48,589 nucleotides of DNA from a virus (IMGVR_UViG_3300023179_000164:1-48589); one strand, 5' to 3'; shown: positions 1 through 9,657, numbered from the stretch's first letter. Program-made: numbers and translations. The notes: generated from the sequence alone by a model not told the origin.

Positions 1-2
1 TC

Positions 3-506
3 ATGATACCATTATCATTGTTTCTGCCTGCTCGCAGACGTCCTGCAATATTCCGACGCCCAGTTGTGCCCACCGCAGTCCCGCAGATTGCCACCAGTAA
101 TTTTGGTGGCATAGGCAATGACATCATCAACATTGGGGGTGGTGGCGTTGGGCCACCTGGCCCACCAGGACCTGCTGGTCCCCCAGGGCCTCCCGGACCA
201 CCTGGTCCTGCTGGCAATCTGGCCAGCAATGTTCCGGTGACCATAGTCAGCACCACTCCCTTCACTGCCAACAGTGCCCAATATTTTCTGGGCGTGGATG
301 TGGCAGGTCCAGTCACACTGAACTTGCCGGTCAGTGTGACTGGTAAAGTTTATGTGATCAAGGACATCGACGGTGATGCCACCACCAACAACATCAACGT
401 GGTGCCTGCTGGTACCACCATTGACGGTCAGGCCAATTATGTCATCAACCTGGACTATGGCAGCATCACAGTGGTGTTTAATGGCACTGAATGGAACGTG
501 ACCTAA
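3..506 (+). CDS. Collagen-repeat virion fibre/decoration protein with C-terminal beta domain
   Basis: (GPP/GPA)x7 collagen triplets; C-terminal YFLGV...TLNLP...G.VYVIKD...GSITVVFNGTEW domain shared with ORFs 1587 and 2225; start may lie at or before the window edge. Confidence 0.7.
   Translation: MIPLSLFLPARRRPAIFRRPVVPTAVPQIATSNFGGIGNDIINIGGGGVGPPGPPGPAGPPGPPGPPGPAGNLASNVPVTIVSTTPFTANSAQYFLGVDVAGPVTLNLPVSVTGKVYVIKDIDGDATTNNINVVPAGTTIDGQANYVINLDYGSITVVFNGTEWNVT
150..212 (+). repeat. Collagen Gly-X-Y repeat (7 triplets)
   Basis: Translates as GPPGPPGPAGPPGPPGPPGPA. Confidence 0.9.
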
Positions 507-507
507 A

Positions 508-1062
508 ATGTCCTATAACGCGCCCATCACATCAAATGTCAAATACGGTGTAATGCGTCCGGGCAATAACCTGATCTCCAGCGATGGGATAGTCAGTGTG
601 GTACCTATTGCGCTGCTGAATCAGGCATATTTTTACAGCACAGTCACACAGACCAACCCTGTGGCCGGTGCTGTGAATATTGTCAGCTTCAACAACGCAG
701 CCATTAACGTGGGCATCACTCTGGTGGCTGGTACGCAGATCACTGTGAGTAAAACTGCCAATTATAATTTTCAATTCGTATTGCAGATGGATAAAACCGA
801 CGGCGGCACCGATTTGGCAGACATCTGGTTGGTGCGCAACGGTGTCAACTATCCAGACACCAACTCTCAAATTTCTGTTACTGGGGGATTGGGGGTTCTG
901 GTGGCCAGCTGGAACTTTACTCTGGCGCTTAATGCAGGAGACAATATGCAAGTGGCCTGGCAGAGCACCGACACAGCCATGAGATTATTAACTACTCCTG
1001 CCCAAGTGGCTCCGGTCAGACCAGTGACCACCAGTGCCAGATGCACCATTATACAATTATAA
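508..1062 (+). CDS. Fibre-associated protein with C1q/BclA-C-like jelly-roll domain
   Basis: N-terminal KYGV..G.NL motif shared with neighbours; C-terminal QITVSKTANYNFQF...IWLVRNG...LALNAGDNMQV resembles the C1q/TNF-like fold. Confidence 0.55.
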   Translation: MSYNAPITSNVKYGVMRPGNNLISSDGIVSVVPIALLNQAYFYSTVTQTNPVAGAVNIVSFNNAAINVGITLVAGTQITVSKTANYNFQFVLQMDKTDGGTDLADIWLVRNGVNYPDTNSQISVTGGLGVLVASWNFTLALNAGDNMQVAWQSTDTAMRLLTTPAQVAPVRPVTTSARCTIIQL

Positions 1063-1073
1063 AGGAATAGACC

Positions 1074-1583
1074 ATGTACGTCAGACCCCGAGTTTACCCC
1101 AACGGACAACCCATACCAGCATCACTGCCCGACAGTTACCAGCCTGCAGTCTACGGCAATGCCCCTGCCAACCAATTCTGCAGTAATTGTCAGCATTTTG
1201 ATTTAAGATCATATTACTGTAACAAATGGTCGGCCCGAGTCAAACCACGCTACTGGTGTGCTGGCTGGCAGCAGCATGCCGGCATGATGAATGGTCATGG
1301 CAGTGGTGCCCTGGCAGATGACGACAGTGCCATCAAAGTCACAGTGCCACTGATGATCAGACTGCTGGAATATGCCAAAGAAGATGCCAAAACCGATATG
1401 GCCTTGCACGAGCTCACTGAAAATCTCATTGACCTCAGTGAAGAAGGCGATGTGTTAAACATGAAAAACTACGATGAAATCGTGGGTGGTGAGATGGAAA
1501 CTCCAGACAACACTGACAATACCGAAACATCAGACACTAACACACAAAAAGTTGTTCTGGAAATTAAATTAAAAGGAAAATAA
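1074..1583 (+). CDS. Hypothetical protein, N-terminal HiPIP-like four-Cys motif fused to an acidic helical domain
   Basis: QFCSNC-x9-C-x11-WCAGW; C-terminal VPLMIRLLEYAKEDAKTDM; AAAGGAA RBS upstream. Confidence 0.5.
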   Translation: MYVRPRVYPNGQPIPASLPDSYQPAVYGNAPANQFCSNCQHFDLRSYYCNKWSARVKPRYWCAGWQQHAGMMNGHGSGALADDDSAIKVTVPLMIRLLEYAKEDAKTDMALHELTENLIDLSEEGDVLNMKNYDEIVGGEMETPDNTDNTETSDTNTQKVVLEIKLKGK

Positions 1584-1586
1584 TCC

Positions 1587-2210
1587 ATGGCTTACCTATC
1601 AAATCCAGCAACCACCACCGACTACGGCGTCATCGTAGTGGGCAACAACGTCAATGTGGATGGCAACGGTGTGGTGTCTATTCCACAAAGCGTCAGCACC
1701 ACTGCCAATGTGACATTTAACAGCATCACCGTGGCAGGGGCCACCGACACTGGCAATCTCAGTGTGGGTGGTTTGCTGACTGTCACAGGCAACGTCAGTG
1801 CAGCCAAGGTTTTTGACAGCAACCTCAGAGTCATCAGCAATGTGATGCCGGTAGCCGGCACCGGCATCAGCATCAGTAATTTAACCAGCACTGGCCCCAC
1901 AGCAACTTTTACCATCAGTGCCACTGGTACCACTGTCATCAACACCACCACTGTCACAGCCAACTACACTGCCACTGCCACTGACGAGTATATTGGGGTC
2001 AACAGCACCAATAACATCACCATATCATTGCCGGCTGGTGTCACAGGCAGAACCTATACCATCAACGATGAACGTGGTCCTGGACTGGGCAGAATCACCA
2101 TCTCGCCCAATGGCAGCGAAAAGATCAATGGTTCCAACAACTACCAGATTACAGTGGCATATGCCAGTGTGACTTTGGTTTTTAACAGCGGCGCCTGGCG
2201 CATAATTTAA
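1587..2210 (+). CDS. Tail fibre-like virion protein (paralog family)
   Basis: PATTTDYGVIVVGNNVNV repeat, SVSTTANVTF motif, C-terminal EYIGV...LP.G..G.TY...TLVFNSGAW domain; T/N/G/V-rich. Confidence 0.65.
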   Translation: MAYLSNPATTTDYGVIVVGNNVNVDGNGVVSIPQSVSTTANVTFNSITVAGATDTGNLSVGGLLTVTGNVSAAKVFDSNLRVISNVMPVAGTGISISNLTSTGPTATFTISATGTTVINTTTVTANYTATATDEYIGVNSTNNITISLPAGVTGRTYTINDERGPGLGRITISPNGSEKINGSNNYQITVAYASVTLVFNSGAWRII

Positions 2211-2224
2211 TTTAGGAGCAGAAA

Positions 2225-2836
2225 ATGGCATATAATTCACCACTGGCATCAAAAACCAAGTATGGCGTAGTAGAAGTAGGAGCCAACATCAGTGTCACCA
2301 CTGGTGTTGTTGATATACCTCAGAACATCAGCACCACTGCCAATGTGACATTTGGCAATATTTCATCTACTTTTGATGTGTTTGTGGGCAACACCATAAA
2401 TGTCATCAATGACATAACCGCACTGGGCAACATCCGAGGTGGTCAGTTGTTTGACAACAACAATCGAGTCATTACCTCGCTGACTGCCGGAGAAAACATC
2501 ACCATCACCGGTGCTGCGCCCAGTCTGACCATAGCAGCATCAGCCAGCCCCAATGTGACCACCCGGTTGATCACTCAGGCTGACAGTCCCTACACTGCCC
2601 TGGCATCCGACTATTATATTGGTGTCAGAGCCAACGCTGCAGTGACCATCAATTTGCCAGTGGGCGGCGCCGGCAACACTTATGTGATCAAGAGTGAAGT
2701 CACCAACACTGGCAACATCACCATTGTGCCCAACGGTGCTCAAACCATCGAAAACACCAGCAGTTACGCCATCATTGCCGATACTGATGGCAGCGTGACA
2801 CTGATCTTCCGTGGCACCAACTGGAACGCAGTCTAA
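2225..2836 (+). CDS. Tail fibre-like virion protein (paralog of 1587..2210)
   Basis: LASKTKYGVVEVGANISV, IPQNISTTANVTF, YYIGV...TLIFRGTNW; AGGAG RBS. Confidence 0.65.
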   Translation: MAYNSPLASKTKYGVVEVGANISVTTGVVDIPQNISTTANVTFGNISSTFDVFVGNTINVINDITALGNIRGGQLFDNNNRVITSLTAGENITITGAAPSLTIAASASPNVTTRLITQADSPYTALASDYYIGVRANAAVTINLPVGGAGNTYVIKSEVTNTGNITIVPNGAQTIENTSSYAIIADTDGSVTLIFRGTNWNAV

Positions 2837-2845
2837 GGAAAAATC

Positions 2846-3496
2846 ATGGCATACACCAGACCACCAGCAGTGACCCGAGCAGGACAGGGATTGAAACAGA
2901 CTCCCCTGCCACCCACGCAGGCCATAGCACCTGTGGTGCTGGATGCTGAAATAGCCACCACCACTACCCTAGGTGTGGTCAAGATTGGTGCCAATATATC
3001 AGTCACTCCCGATGGCACCATCAGTGCCACCGGTGGCGGTGGCGGTGGTCCCAGTTATGCTTTTGGCGTCTGGACACCTGCATTGGTGCCCAGCCCCACC
3101 GGCAGCATCACCATCAGTATACGCAATGCCCGATATGCCAAGGTGGGTCAATTGGTGACCTGCACTTTTGACATTAGAATTACTGCTATCACAGGTGGTT
3201 CTGATGACAATAGAATCACTGCTATCACAGGCGGTTCTGATAAGCCAATAGTACTGACCGGACTGCCATTCACCAGCATCACTGACACTGGTTCAGTGGG
3301 ATCGGTTCTGATTTCCTACTACAAAGACTTTGATAAAAATGTCAATTATCTGGGCGGCACTGTTATATCTGCCAGCACTTCGGCCACCATGTGGTATCAG
3401 CAGAACCCTGGTCAGAGTTTGACCAATCTTGTCATAGATAATGTCAAAGTTGGAACCATTCTGGTGGGCACAGTAACTTATATGAGTGCAACTTAA
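2846..3496 (+). CDS. Tail fibre / receptor-binding-like protein
   Basis: IATTTTLGVVKIGANISVTPDGTIS fibre repeat, Gly linker, then GVWTP...ARYAKVGQLVT...GLPF head domain typical of phage fibre tips. Confidence 0.65.
   Translation: MAYTRPPAVTRAGQGLKQTPLPPTQAIAPVVLDAEIATTTTLGVVKIGANISVTPDGTISATGGGGGGPSYAFGVWTPALVPSPTGSITISIRNARYAKVGQLVTCTFDIRITAITGGSDDNRITAITGGSDKPIVLTGLPFTSITDTGSVGSVLISYYKDFDKNVNYLGGTVISASTSATMWYQQNPGQSLTNLVIDNVKVGTILVGTVTYMSAT
3175..3241 (+). repeat. 36-bp-period in-frame tandem duplication
   Basis: tagaattactgctatcacaggtggttctgat (3175-3205) and tagaatcactgctatcacaggcggttctgat (3211-3241); RITAITGGSD twice. Confidence 0.9.
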
Positions 3497-3513
3497 TACA
3501 AGGAGAATTTAAA

Positions 3514-4152
3514 ATGTACAAACGAATCACACACAATATTGTAGAAGAACATTACGATCACCCCGCAGTGGTTCCCGGCAATGTCAAAATTAAAAGTTCT
3601 AAAATTGCTTACAATCCTGCATTGACACCATTGCAGGCAGAAAGCGTAGCCAAATGGGCAGAGTTCAGCTGGAGAGTGCGCAATCTCATAACCAGCACTT
3701 TCGTTAATCCCAAAGAAGTAGAATATACCACTGCCCGCGTGATTGCAGACATTCAGGACCTGGGACAAACATTTGGCAAATACTTCAGCACACAAGACAC
3801 CACCAGATTTGTTGAATCGCTTACCACTGTGTCAGTGGCATTGCTGGGAATTGTGGACAAGATCAAGAGCAAGTCAGACACCACTGCTGATGTAACAAAA
3901 CTACGTGGCGATGTGGATCAACTGGCCAACTTCTTGTCCAGCAAGAGTTCGCATTGGCCCGCCGGTGCGGTTAACACTATCATCAATCAGGTCTTGGATC
4001 TGTATATATTGCAGGCAGACCACCTGGAAAAAAATGAAAGAATTCAGGCTGATTCAGCTGGCAACCGAGCCTATCGTATCATGGCAGTCAATCAGGAAAA
4101 TGGAGACTCCAGTTTTGCTGACATTTTTGCCACTGGTTTGGCAGCAGTTTAA
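3514..4152 (+). CDS. Hypothetical all-helical protein (paralog A)
   Basis: AAGGAG RBS; N-terminus MYKRITHNIVEEHYD and C-terminal FADIFATG shared with the next ORF. Confidence 0.75.
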   Translation: MYKRITHNIVEEHYDHPAVVPGNVKIKSSKIAYNPALTPLQAESVAKWAEFSWRVRNLITSTFVNPKEVEYTTARVIADIQDLGQTFGKYFSTQDTTRFVESLTTVSVALLGIVDKIKSKSDTTADVTKLRGDVDQLANFLSSKSSHWPAGAVNTIINQVLDLYILQADHLEKNERIQADSAGNRAYRIMAVNQENGDSSFADIFATGLAAV

Positions 4153-4181
4153 AAAATATCTGATCAAGGAGATTTAAGAAA

Positions 4182-4892
4182 ATGTACAAAAAAATACAAC
4201 ACAACATAGTTGAAGAACATTTTGATAATATTGCTGCATATCAGTGTGGTGGCAATGCCAATGTTGCCATGACTGCACGTCACATTGGTGCTGATTTGTT
4301 TTCTTCCATTGCACCTGAAAACACTCCATCTGCAGTGGCATTCAGGGAAGCGTCCAGAGTTTATTCTACCCAAATTTTGATGTATCTGAGAAGTTATCTT
4401 GTTGCCAAGGTCAGCGGCAACATTGATGAATCGGTTGCAATTAAACAGGCATTTGATCAATTTTATCCATTGGCCACCGGTAGGACATTTGGAACCTTGA
4501 TTTCCCCTGACGAAGGAAATAAATTATCCAGTTCCTTTAAAATCTTAATTGATGGGTTCATGACATTTATTGATAAGGTTTCTGAAGGCAAGGATCTTGG
4601 CGATGCCCTGGCAACCATACGGAATCATTATGAGGATTATTCTAAATCATTAAATTCGGTGTTTTCAAATTGGAGTTCGGTTATGCTTAATGATTTGTGG
4701 CGTGAGGTATCAGGAACTCTCGTTGATCAAATTAACTCCAGGATTAAGAAAGACTGGTCGTCTGATCAAACAGCATTTGGCCGACTGTACGAACTACTGG
4801 TGTCAGGCACAGCAAGGAATTCCGGGTTTGCAGACATAATATCCAAGGGGTTCATACAGAGAAATACTTTTAGATTTGAGACAATGTACTAA
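4182..4892 (+). CDS. Hypothetical all-helical protein (paralog B)
   Basis: AAGGAG RBS; MYKKIQHNIVEEHFD and FADIISKG. Confidence 0.75.
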   Translation: MYKKIQHNIVEEHFDNIAAYQCGGNANVAMTARHIGADLFSSIAPENTPSAVAFREASRVYSTQILMYLRSYLVAKVSGNIDESVAIKQAFDQFYPLATGRTFGTLISPDEGNKLSSSFKILIDGFMTFIDKVSEGKDLGDALATIRNHYEDYSKSLNSVFSNWSSVMLNDLWREVSGTLVDQINSRIKKDWSSDQTAFGRLYELLVSGTARNSGFADIISKGFIQRNTFRFETMY

Positions 4893-4901
4893 GAGACGAT
4901 T

Positions 4902-5420
4902 ATGGAACCATTGGACCCCAGGGCATTAGAAATACTACGTATGGCCCGCGAACTGGTGATAAATGAACACACTGATCGCAGAGCAGAAATGCATAATCAG
5001 TGGTTAACTGAGTCAAGCGAGCTCTGGCGAACACGCAGAATTCGCTTGGCTTATCCACCGATCCCACCATATCCCACAGAAAATGACATTATTGCTCGTG
5101 CTCGGGTTCTGCTGGATTTTGTGGAAAAATCGCCTGCAGTAGCAGACACACCAGTGCCAGTTGTGGAAAATGCGCCACCGGTGAGCGAGGTAAAATCAGT
5201 GGATGTTCTAGCAGTGCCCCCATTGGCACCCTTAGTAATTATTGAGCCAGATGGTCCTCCAGAATCCAAACAGCCGGTTACCCCTACACCAACTGTGCAG
5301 GAGTTGATGGATTATATGAAAGAAGCCAAGGCGGCAGAACCCGAACCCACAGGCATACTGCCGTCTTTGCTTAAAAAGATAGAAGAAATACGTGGATCCA
5401 GGAACAGCAATGCTGAATGA
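4902..5420 (+). CDS. Hypothetical protein with Pro-rich C-terminal half
   Basis: 172-aa ORF colinear with neighbours. Confidence 0.65.
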   Translation: MEPLDPRALEILRMARELVINEHTDRRAEMHNQWLTESSELWRTRRIRLAYPPIPPYPTENDIIARARVLLDFVEKSPAVADTPVPVVENAPPVSEVKSVDVLAVPPLAPLVIIEPDGPPESKQPVTPTPTVQELMDYMKEAKAAEPEPTGILPSLLKKIEEIRGSRNSNAE

Positions 5421-6165
5421 GTTTCCCATCGGTCAGAGTCAGCCCGACGGTCGTGATCATGTGTATCGGCGATCAGGGAGTACTCTGAGAAATGCTGTGG
5501 ATCTTAGGTCCTGGGATTCTCTGATAGAAGATCAGCATCTGTTGGGCAGTTGCTCGGGCAATGCCATTACCAACAGTTATGAATTGCAGGTGAAACAGCA
5601 GTATCCTGATCAGTTTGTTGAATTGAGCAGATTGTTTGTTTATTACAATGCCAGACTATTAGAAGGCTCAGAAACAACGGATTCAGGAATAACCACACTG
5701 AGGAGTGCATTAAAAAGCCTGCAGCAATATGGTGTTTGTAAAGAAGAATTGTGGCCCTATCAGCGTGCTCTGGTTAATGTGCGGCCCACAGATGCCTGCT
5801 ATCAAGAAGCCAAACCCAGGACCATTACCAATTATCAAAGACTGAATGATAACGCAGACACCCTGGATGCACTCAATCAGAATCTGCCAGTGGTCATAGG
5901 CATGAGTATATACCCAGGATTTGAAGATCTGAGATCCAACAATGCAACAATTTCTAGACCTGACGACAACACTGAGTCCGAGGGAGATCATGCCATGGTA
6001 CTAGTGGGCTATGATCTGGATAAAAAATTGTTTCTGGCCAAGAATAGTTATGGCATTTTTTGGGGAGCCGGTGGCTATTGCTGGATAACTTTGGATTACG
6101 CTGAAAATAATATTTTTGAACGCTGGATTTTTGAAATATCACCACAGGCTCTACCACTGACCTGA
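5410..6165 (+). CDS. Papain-like (C1A) cysteine peptidase
   Basis: DQHLLGSCSGNA (Gln/Cys), LSRLFVYYNAR, DHAMVLVGY (His), KNSYGIFWGAGGY (Asn); ATG at 5410 chosen. Confidence 0.9.
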   Translation: MLNEFPIGQSQPDGRDHVYRRSGSTLRNAVDLRSWDSLIEDQHLLGSCSGNAITNSYELQVKQQYPDQFVELSRLFVYYNARLLEGSETTDSGITTLRSALKSLQQYGVCKEELWPYQRALVNVRPTDACYQEAKPRTITNYQRLNDNADTLDALNQNLPVVIGMSIYPGFEDLRSNNATISRPDDNTESEGDHAMVLVGYDLDKKLFLAKNSYGIFWGAGGYCWITLDYAENNIFERWIFEISPQALPLT

Positions 6166-8055
6166 GCCCTGCCAACTGAATTCGAAACTATAGTCAGGCC
6201 AGGTAAAATTGTTATAGTTTTGGTCGGGTTCTTGAACGAACGCATATTGAAAATCTGCAGTCCATGCACCAGTGTCATCAATACTGAACTTGTGTGTGGC
6301 TCGGTAATTGCAGACCAACCGATTGCCCCACTCGCGCAGGTCGGCTTCGGGTTCGTAACGGATCGTTATGTCATATGGACCCAGAGCTCTCCAGTAATTT
6401 CTCAACAAGGGCCAGATTTCGTTGACCACACTGTCTGCAAATACATTGATGTTGGGTTTGATTATCTGATAATCAAATTGTTCATATTCAATTGTCGCTC
6501 TGATATTTTTGGTGTCATAATGCAATTCATACATTTTTAAAAGATCCGGACGATCTATACCAAAAACTTTTTCTGAGGTATGTAGGTGCTGTAGAAACAT
6601 CAGAAAAGATTTCTGTCTGATCATTCGGTGTAATTTGGTATTGTTTAGTTCGGGAGTGCACCAGGCAGCTTGGAAATTGTAATCGCAGATGTTAAATTTC
6701 TTACCGTCCATGACTACTTCCGACCCTGGGCTCAGCATCATGGTAATCCCTGGACTGATGTTCAACAACCAATTACGAACTCTCCAGGCAAAAGTAAAGG
6801 TATCAGCCACAGCCTGACAGTCTTCAGACGGGAACCCAATGATCCAATTGGTACTATTTTGTATGCCCACATTGTGGCCGTCCCTGAGATTGGCTTCCAT
6901 GGCTTCGACTTTGACAGCTTTTTTCATGTCGTCCAACACACGCTGACTGCCGCTCTCGACTCCATAATTGAGTTGGTGGCACCCGCTGGCAGCCAGATCC
7001 TTAAAATAATCCAGGTCCATACGACCGTCACAACGACTATATCCCTGCCAGCGTATCTTTAATCCGCGTTCCACCACCCCCAATGCAAACGCTCTGAGTT
7101 CTTTTAAATTACCATTGACTAAACTGTCAATAAACCACACAAAGTCAATGCCATGACATCGGTATTGATGTTCGATTTCGTCTAAAACAGTTCCTGCCAT
7201 TCTGCCACGGTATTTCCAGAAATGAACTTCAGTGCAAAATACACATTTGGCCACACACCCACGACTTAATTCACTACTGATACCATTGGGCATCTGGTAT
7301 TCGCCCAGATCGTATGTACTATAATCTGGAAATGGTAAACTGTCCAAATCTAATCTGGTTTTGGGCGCAACCAGTATTTTCTCAGGTATCGTGTCACCAG
7401 TTTCAACACTGTCTAGTATTTGTAGCAGCAGTTGTTCGCCTTCACCCTGTACCAGATGATCATAAAATTTTTCAGTGAATCTGCTGGGACTACCAGCCTG
7501 TGGACCACCAGCAATGATTTTTGCATCCGGTAGTAGTTTGCGCAGCCTTATGCTCATCCAGTTACTGACAATTTCATTAGTGTAATACAGGCAAAACCCT
7601 ATGACGTCTGGCCGCTCGCTGACAATTTTCTCAATGTATTCGTTTAGCAATGGTTCCAGGTAAGGGTGAATTTCCTTCATGTAAAATTCACTGGGCCACA
7701 TCCATTCTCTGCTGGGGTCCCAGTAATCAATGGGCGCAGTTTTTTTCAGAGCATGCCAGGCCTTGATATTGATGTCATAGATTTTAGTCTCGTAACCAGC
7801 AGCGCGGGTCACTCCAGCCAGTCTGCTTAGATTATAGGGTGGAAAGTACACACCCCATTCAGGTAACATAATTAATGTCAGCCGTGTTTTTCTTGTGACT
7901 TCATGAAATTCTATGGGTACCAGATTGGCCTGAGGTTTTTTTCTGGCCATGTCCATCATGGATCTGACCATGACCCAGTCTTTGCTGTTGGGGTCTGCAG
8001 CAATATTGGTGGTGTCTTTTTTAGTTTCGGGAACTATGGGAATGATGATGGTCAT
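6151..8055 (-). CDS. B12-binding-domain (class B-like) radical SAM protein
   Basis: PPYNLSRL, IIAGGPQ, GEGE, LPFPDY, SRGCVAKCVFC (CxxxCxxC), YGVESGSQRVLDDMKK, IIGFPSE. Confidence 0.88.
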   Translation of the reverse strand: MTIIIPIVPETKKDTTNIAADPNSKDWVMVRSMMDMARKKPQANLVPIEFHEVTRKTRLTLIMLPEWGVYFPPYNLSRLAGVTRAAGYETKIYDINIKAWHALKKTAPIDYWDPSREWMWPSEFYMKEIHPYLEPLLNEYIEKIVSERPDVIGFCLYYTNEIVSNWMSIRLRKLLPDAKIIAGGPQAGSPSRFTEKFYDHLVQGEGEQLLLQILDSVETGDTIPEKILVAPKTRLDLDSLPFPDYSTYDLGEYQMPNGISSELSRGCVAKCVFCTEVHFWKYRGRMAGTVLDEIEHQYRCHGIDFVWFIDSLVNGNLKELRAFALGVVERGLKIRWQGYSRCDGRMDLDYFKDLAASGCHQLNYGVESGSQRVLDDMKKAVKVEAMEANLRDGHNVGIQNSTNWIIGFPSEDCQAVADTFTFAWRVRNWLLNISPGITMMLSPGSEVVMDGKKFNICDYNFQAAWCTPELNNTKLHRMIRQKSFLMFLQHLHTSEKVFGIDRPDLLKMYELHYDTKNIRATIEYEQFDYQIIKPNINVFADSVVNEIWPLLRNYWRALGPYDITIRYEPEADLREWGNRLVCNYRATHKFSIDDTGAWTADFQYAFVQEPDQNYNNFTWPDYSFEFSWQGSGQW

Positions 8056-8062
8056 ATTCAAA

Positions 8063-8068
8063 TATTTA
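8063..8068 (-). promoter_or_regulatory. Putative late-type promoter core (TAAATA) for the minus-strand radical SAM gene
   Basis: tattta on plus strand, 7 nt upstream of the minus-strand ATG at 8055. Confidence 0.4.
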
Positions 8069-8069
8069 C

Positions 8070-8098
8070 TTGACTTTTGTTGTCTGACAATTTAAAAT
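8070..8098 (+). promoter_or_regulatory. Sigma70-type promoter
   Basis: TTGACT-17 bp-TAAAAT. Confidence 0.65.
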
Positions 8099-8107
8099 AC
8101 CGGTATT

Positions 8108-8926
8108 ATGAAAATTAATTTAATCTCAGATCTTCATTTGGAGTTCGGTGATCTGGAACTGCCGGGTGGGGAAGTTCTGATTATTGCAGGCGATGCCTGT
8201 GAAAGTCGTACCTTGTCCAAGCACAAATACAATCCCGACCAGGACCAGGATGATAGCTCAACTGGCAAACGCATGGACCGCGCCGCACGTTTTTTCTGGG
8301 AAGAATGTGCAAAGTATCAACACGTGCTGTATGTCATGGGCAATCACGAACACTATCACGGCAAATTCAATCGGACCGCTAATGAGCTCAGGGCATGTCT
8401 GCCGGAAAAGGTTCAGTTACTGGAACAAGACACTGTCATCATCGACGATGTGGTATTTTTGGGTGCCACCATGTGGACTGACTGTAATCGTGGATGTCCT
8501 GTGACCATGGAAACTTTGAAGTCCGGTATGAATGATTACCGAGTTATCACCTGGGACGGCGGTGGTTATAGAAAATTGCATCCTCGCGATACCGCCAAAA
8601 TTCATCAGCAGACCAAGGATTGGCTTCGAGGTCAGCTGCAAGAGCATCAGGATCGAAAAGTGGTGGTCATCACACACCATGCTCCCAGCGATCTTAGCAT
8701 TGCGCCCCCATACCGCAACGATCTTTATCTGAATGGTGGATATCGTAGCGACCTCAGTGGTTTGATTCTGGATCATCCACAAATTCAGTATTGGGTGCAT
8801 GGACACACTCACGATCCATTTGATTATGCCATTGGCGACACTCGTATCATATGTAATCCCCGTGGGTATGTGGGGCACGAAAGTCGTCCTGATGAATTTG
8901 ATCCCAGCGAGGGATTTGAGACGTAA
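8108..8926 (+). CDS. Calcineurin-like metallophosphoesterase
   Basis: SDLHLE, AGD, GNHEHY, THHAP, HGHTH, NPRGY motifs. Confidence 0.92.
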   Translation: MKINLISDLHLEFGDLELPGGEVLIIAGDACESRTLSKHKYNPDQDQDDSSTGKRMDRAARFFWEECAKYQHVLYVMGNHEHYHGKFNRTANELRACLPEKVQLLEQDTVIIDDVVFLGATMWTDCNRGCPVTMETLKSGMNDYRVITWDGGGYRKLHPRDTAKIHQQTKDWLRGQLQEHQDRKVVVITHHAPSDLSIAPPYRNDLYLNGGYRSDLSGLILDHPQIQYWVHGHTHDPFDYAIGDTRIICNPRGYVGHESRPDEFDPSEGFET

Positions 8927-8985
8927 AAAATCACATTATTAAAAATATAATTGATAAAATTTAAAATCTCAGAGCATAATATAAA

Positions 8986-9657
8986 ATGAATTTAGATTTT
9001 TATAATCACGATTTCTTTTTTATTTGTTACCCATTGGGGTCTGGTGGGCAGCATTTTGGAAATTTGGTTTCTTTAGATCGTAGTTTTTGCCCTGTGGGTT
9101 ATGATAGCCACAATGATTATATAGTTGCTGTTAACAGTGAATATGATAACATTTCTAGAAAAGATGCACATGTGGCATTGTCTAAATCTATTGAAATATT
9201 TAAAACTGAAAAATTTCTAAAAAATTTATCTCTCATAGGTAACAACTATAATAAAAGTATTTGGCCAATGCATTTGAGTTATTTAAATTGCTTTGATGAT
9301 GACGGGATGTTGTTCAAATCTATGCGAAAAAAACGCATGATAGTGTTTACATTTCGTACCGAATTGTCTAGAAATTTTTTGAAGGTTAGGCTTTCTAAAT
9401 TGATTGGGAAAACTATAGATAATGATATGTTTGCTTGGGGAATATTTGACACTCAAATCTTTTATTCTCGAGAATATATCATGAAAACTTTTGATTTTAA
9501 AGATCAAGATATATATGAAATTGAAATTAGTCAGCTATTTAACGAAAATATAAGTCATTTATTGGCTGATTTAAATAAATCATTTGATTTGAATATTCCG
9601 TTAATGGAATCGGAAGCACTGCATAGAAAATGGTTGAAAAATATAGTAAAATTGTAA
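8986..9657 (+). CDS. AT-rich hypothetical protein, possible sulfotransferase/P-loop-like fold
   Basis: N-terminal YPLGSGGQHFGNL loop; markedly AT-rich relative to flanks. Confidence 0.45.
   Translation: MNLDFYNHDFFFICYPLGSGGQHFGNLVSLDRSFCPVGYDSHNDYIVAVNSEYDNISRKDAHVALSKSIEIFKTEKFLKNLSLIGNNYNKSIWPMHLSYLNCFDDDGMLFKSMRKKRMIVFTFRTELSRNFLKVRLSKLIGKTIDNDMFAWGIFDTQIFYSREYIMKTFDFKDQDIYEIEISQLFNENISHLLADLNKSFDLNIPLMESEALHRKWLKNIVKL

Noticed and set aside
3-3496. Diversity-generating retroelement acting on fibre genes
   Set aside because: No reverse transcriptase and no template/variable repeat pair differing at adenines was seen
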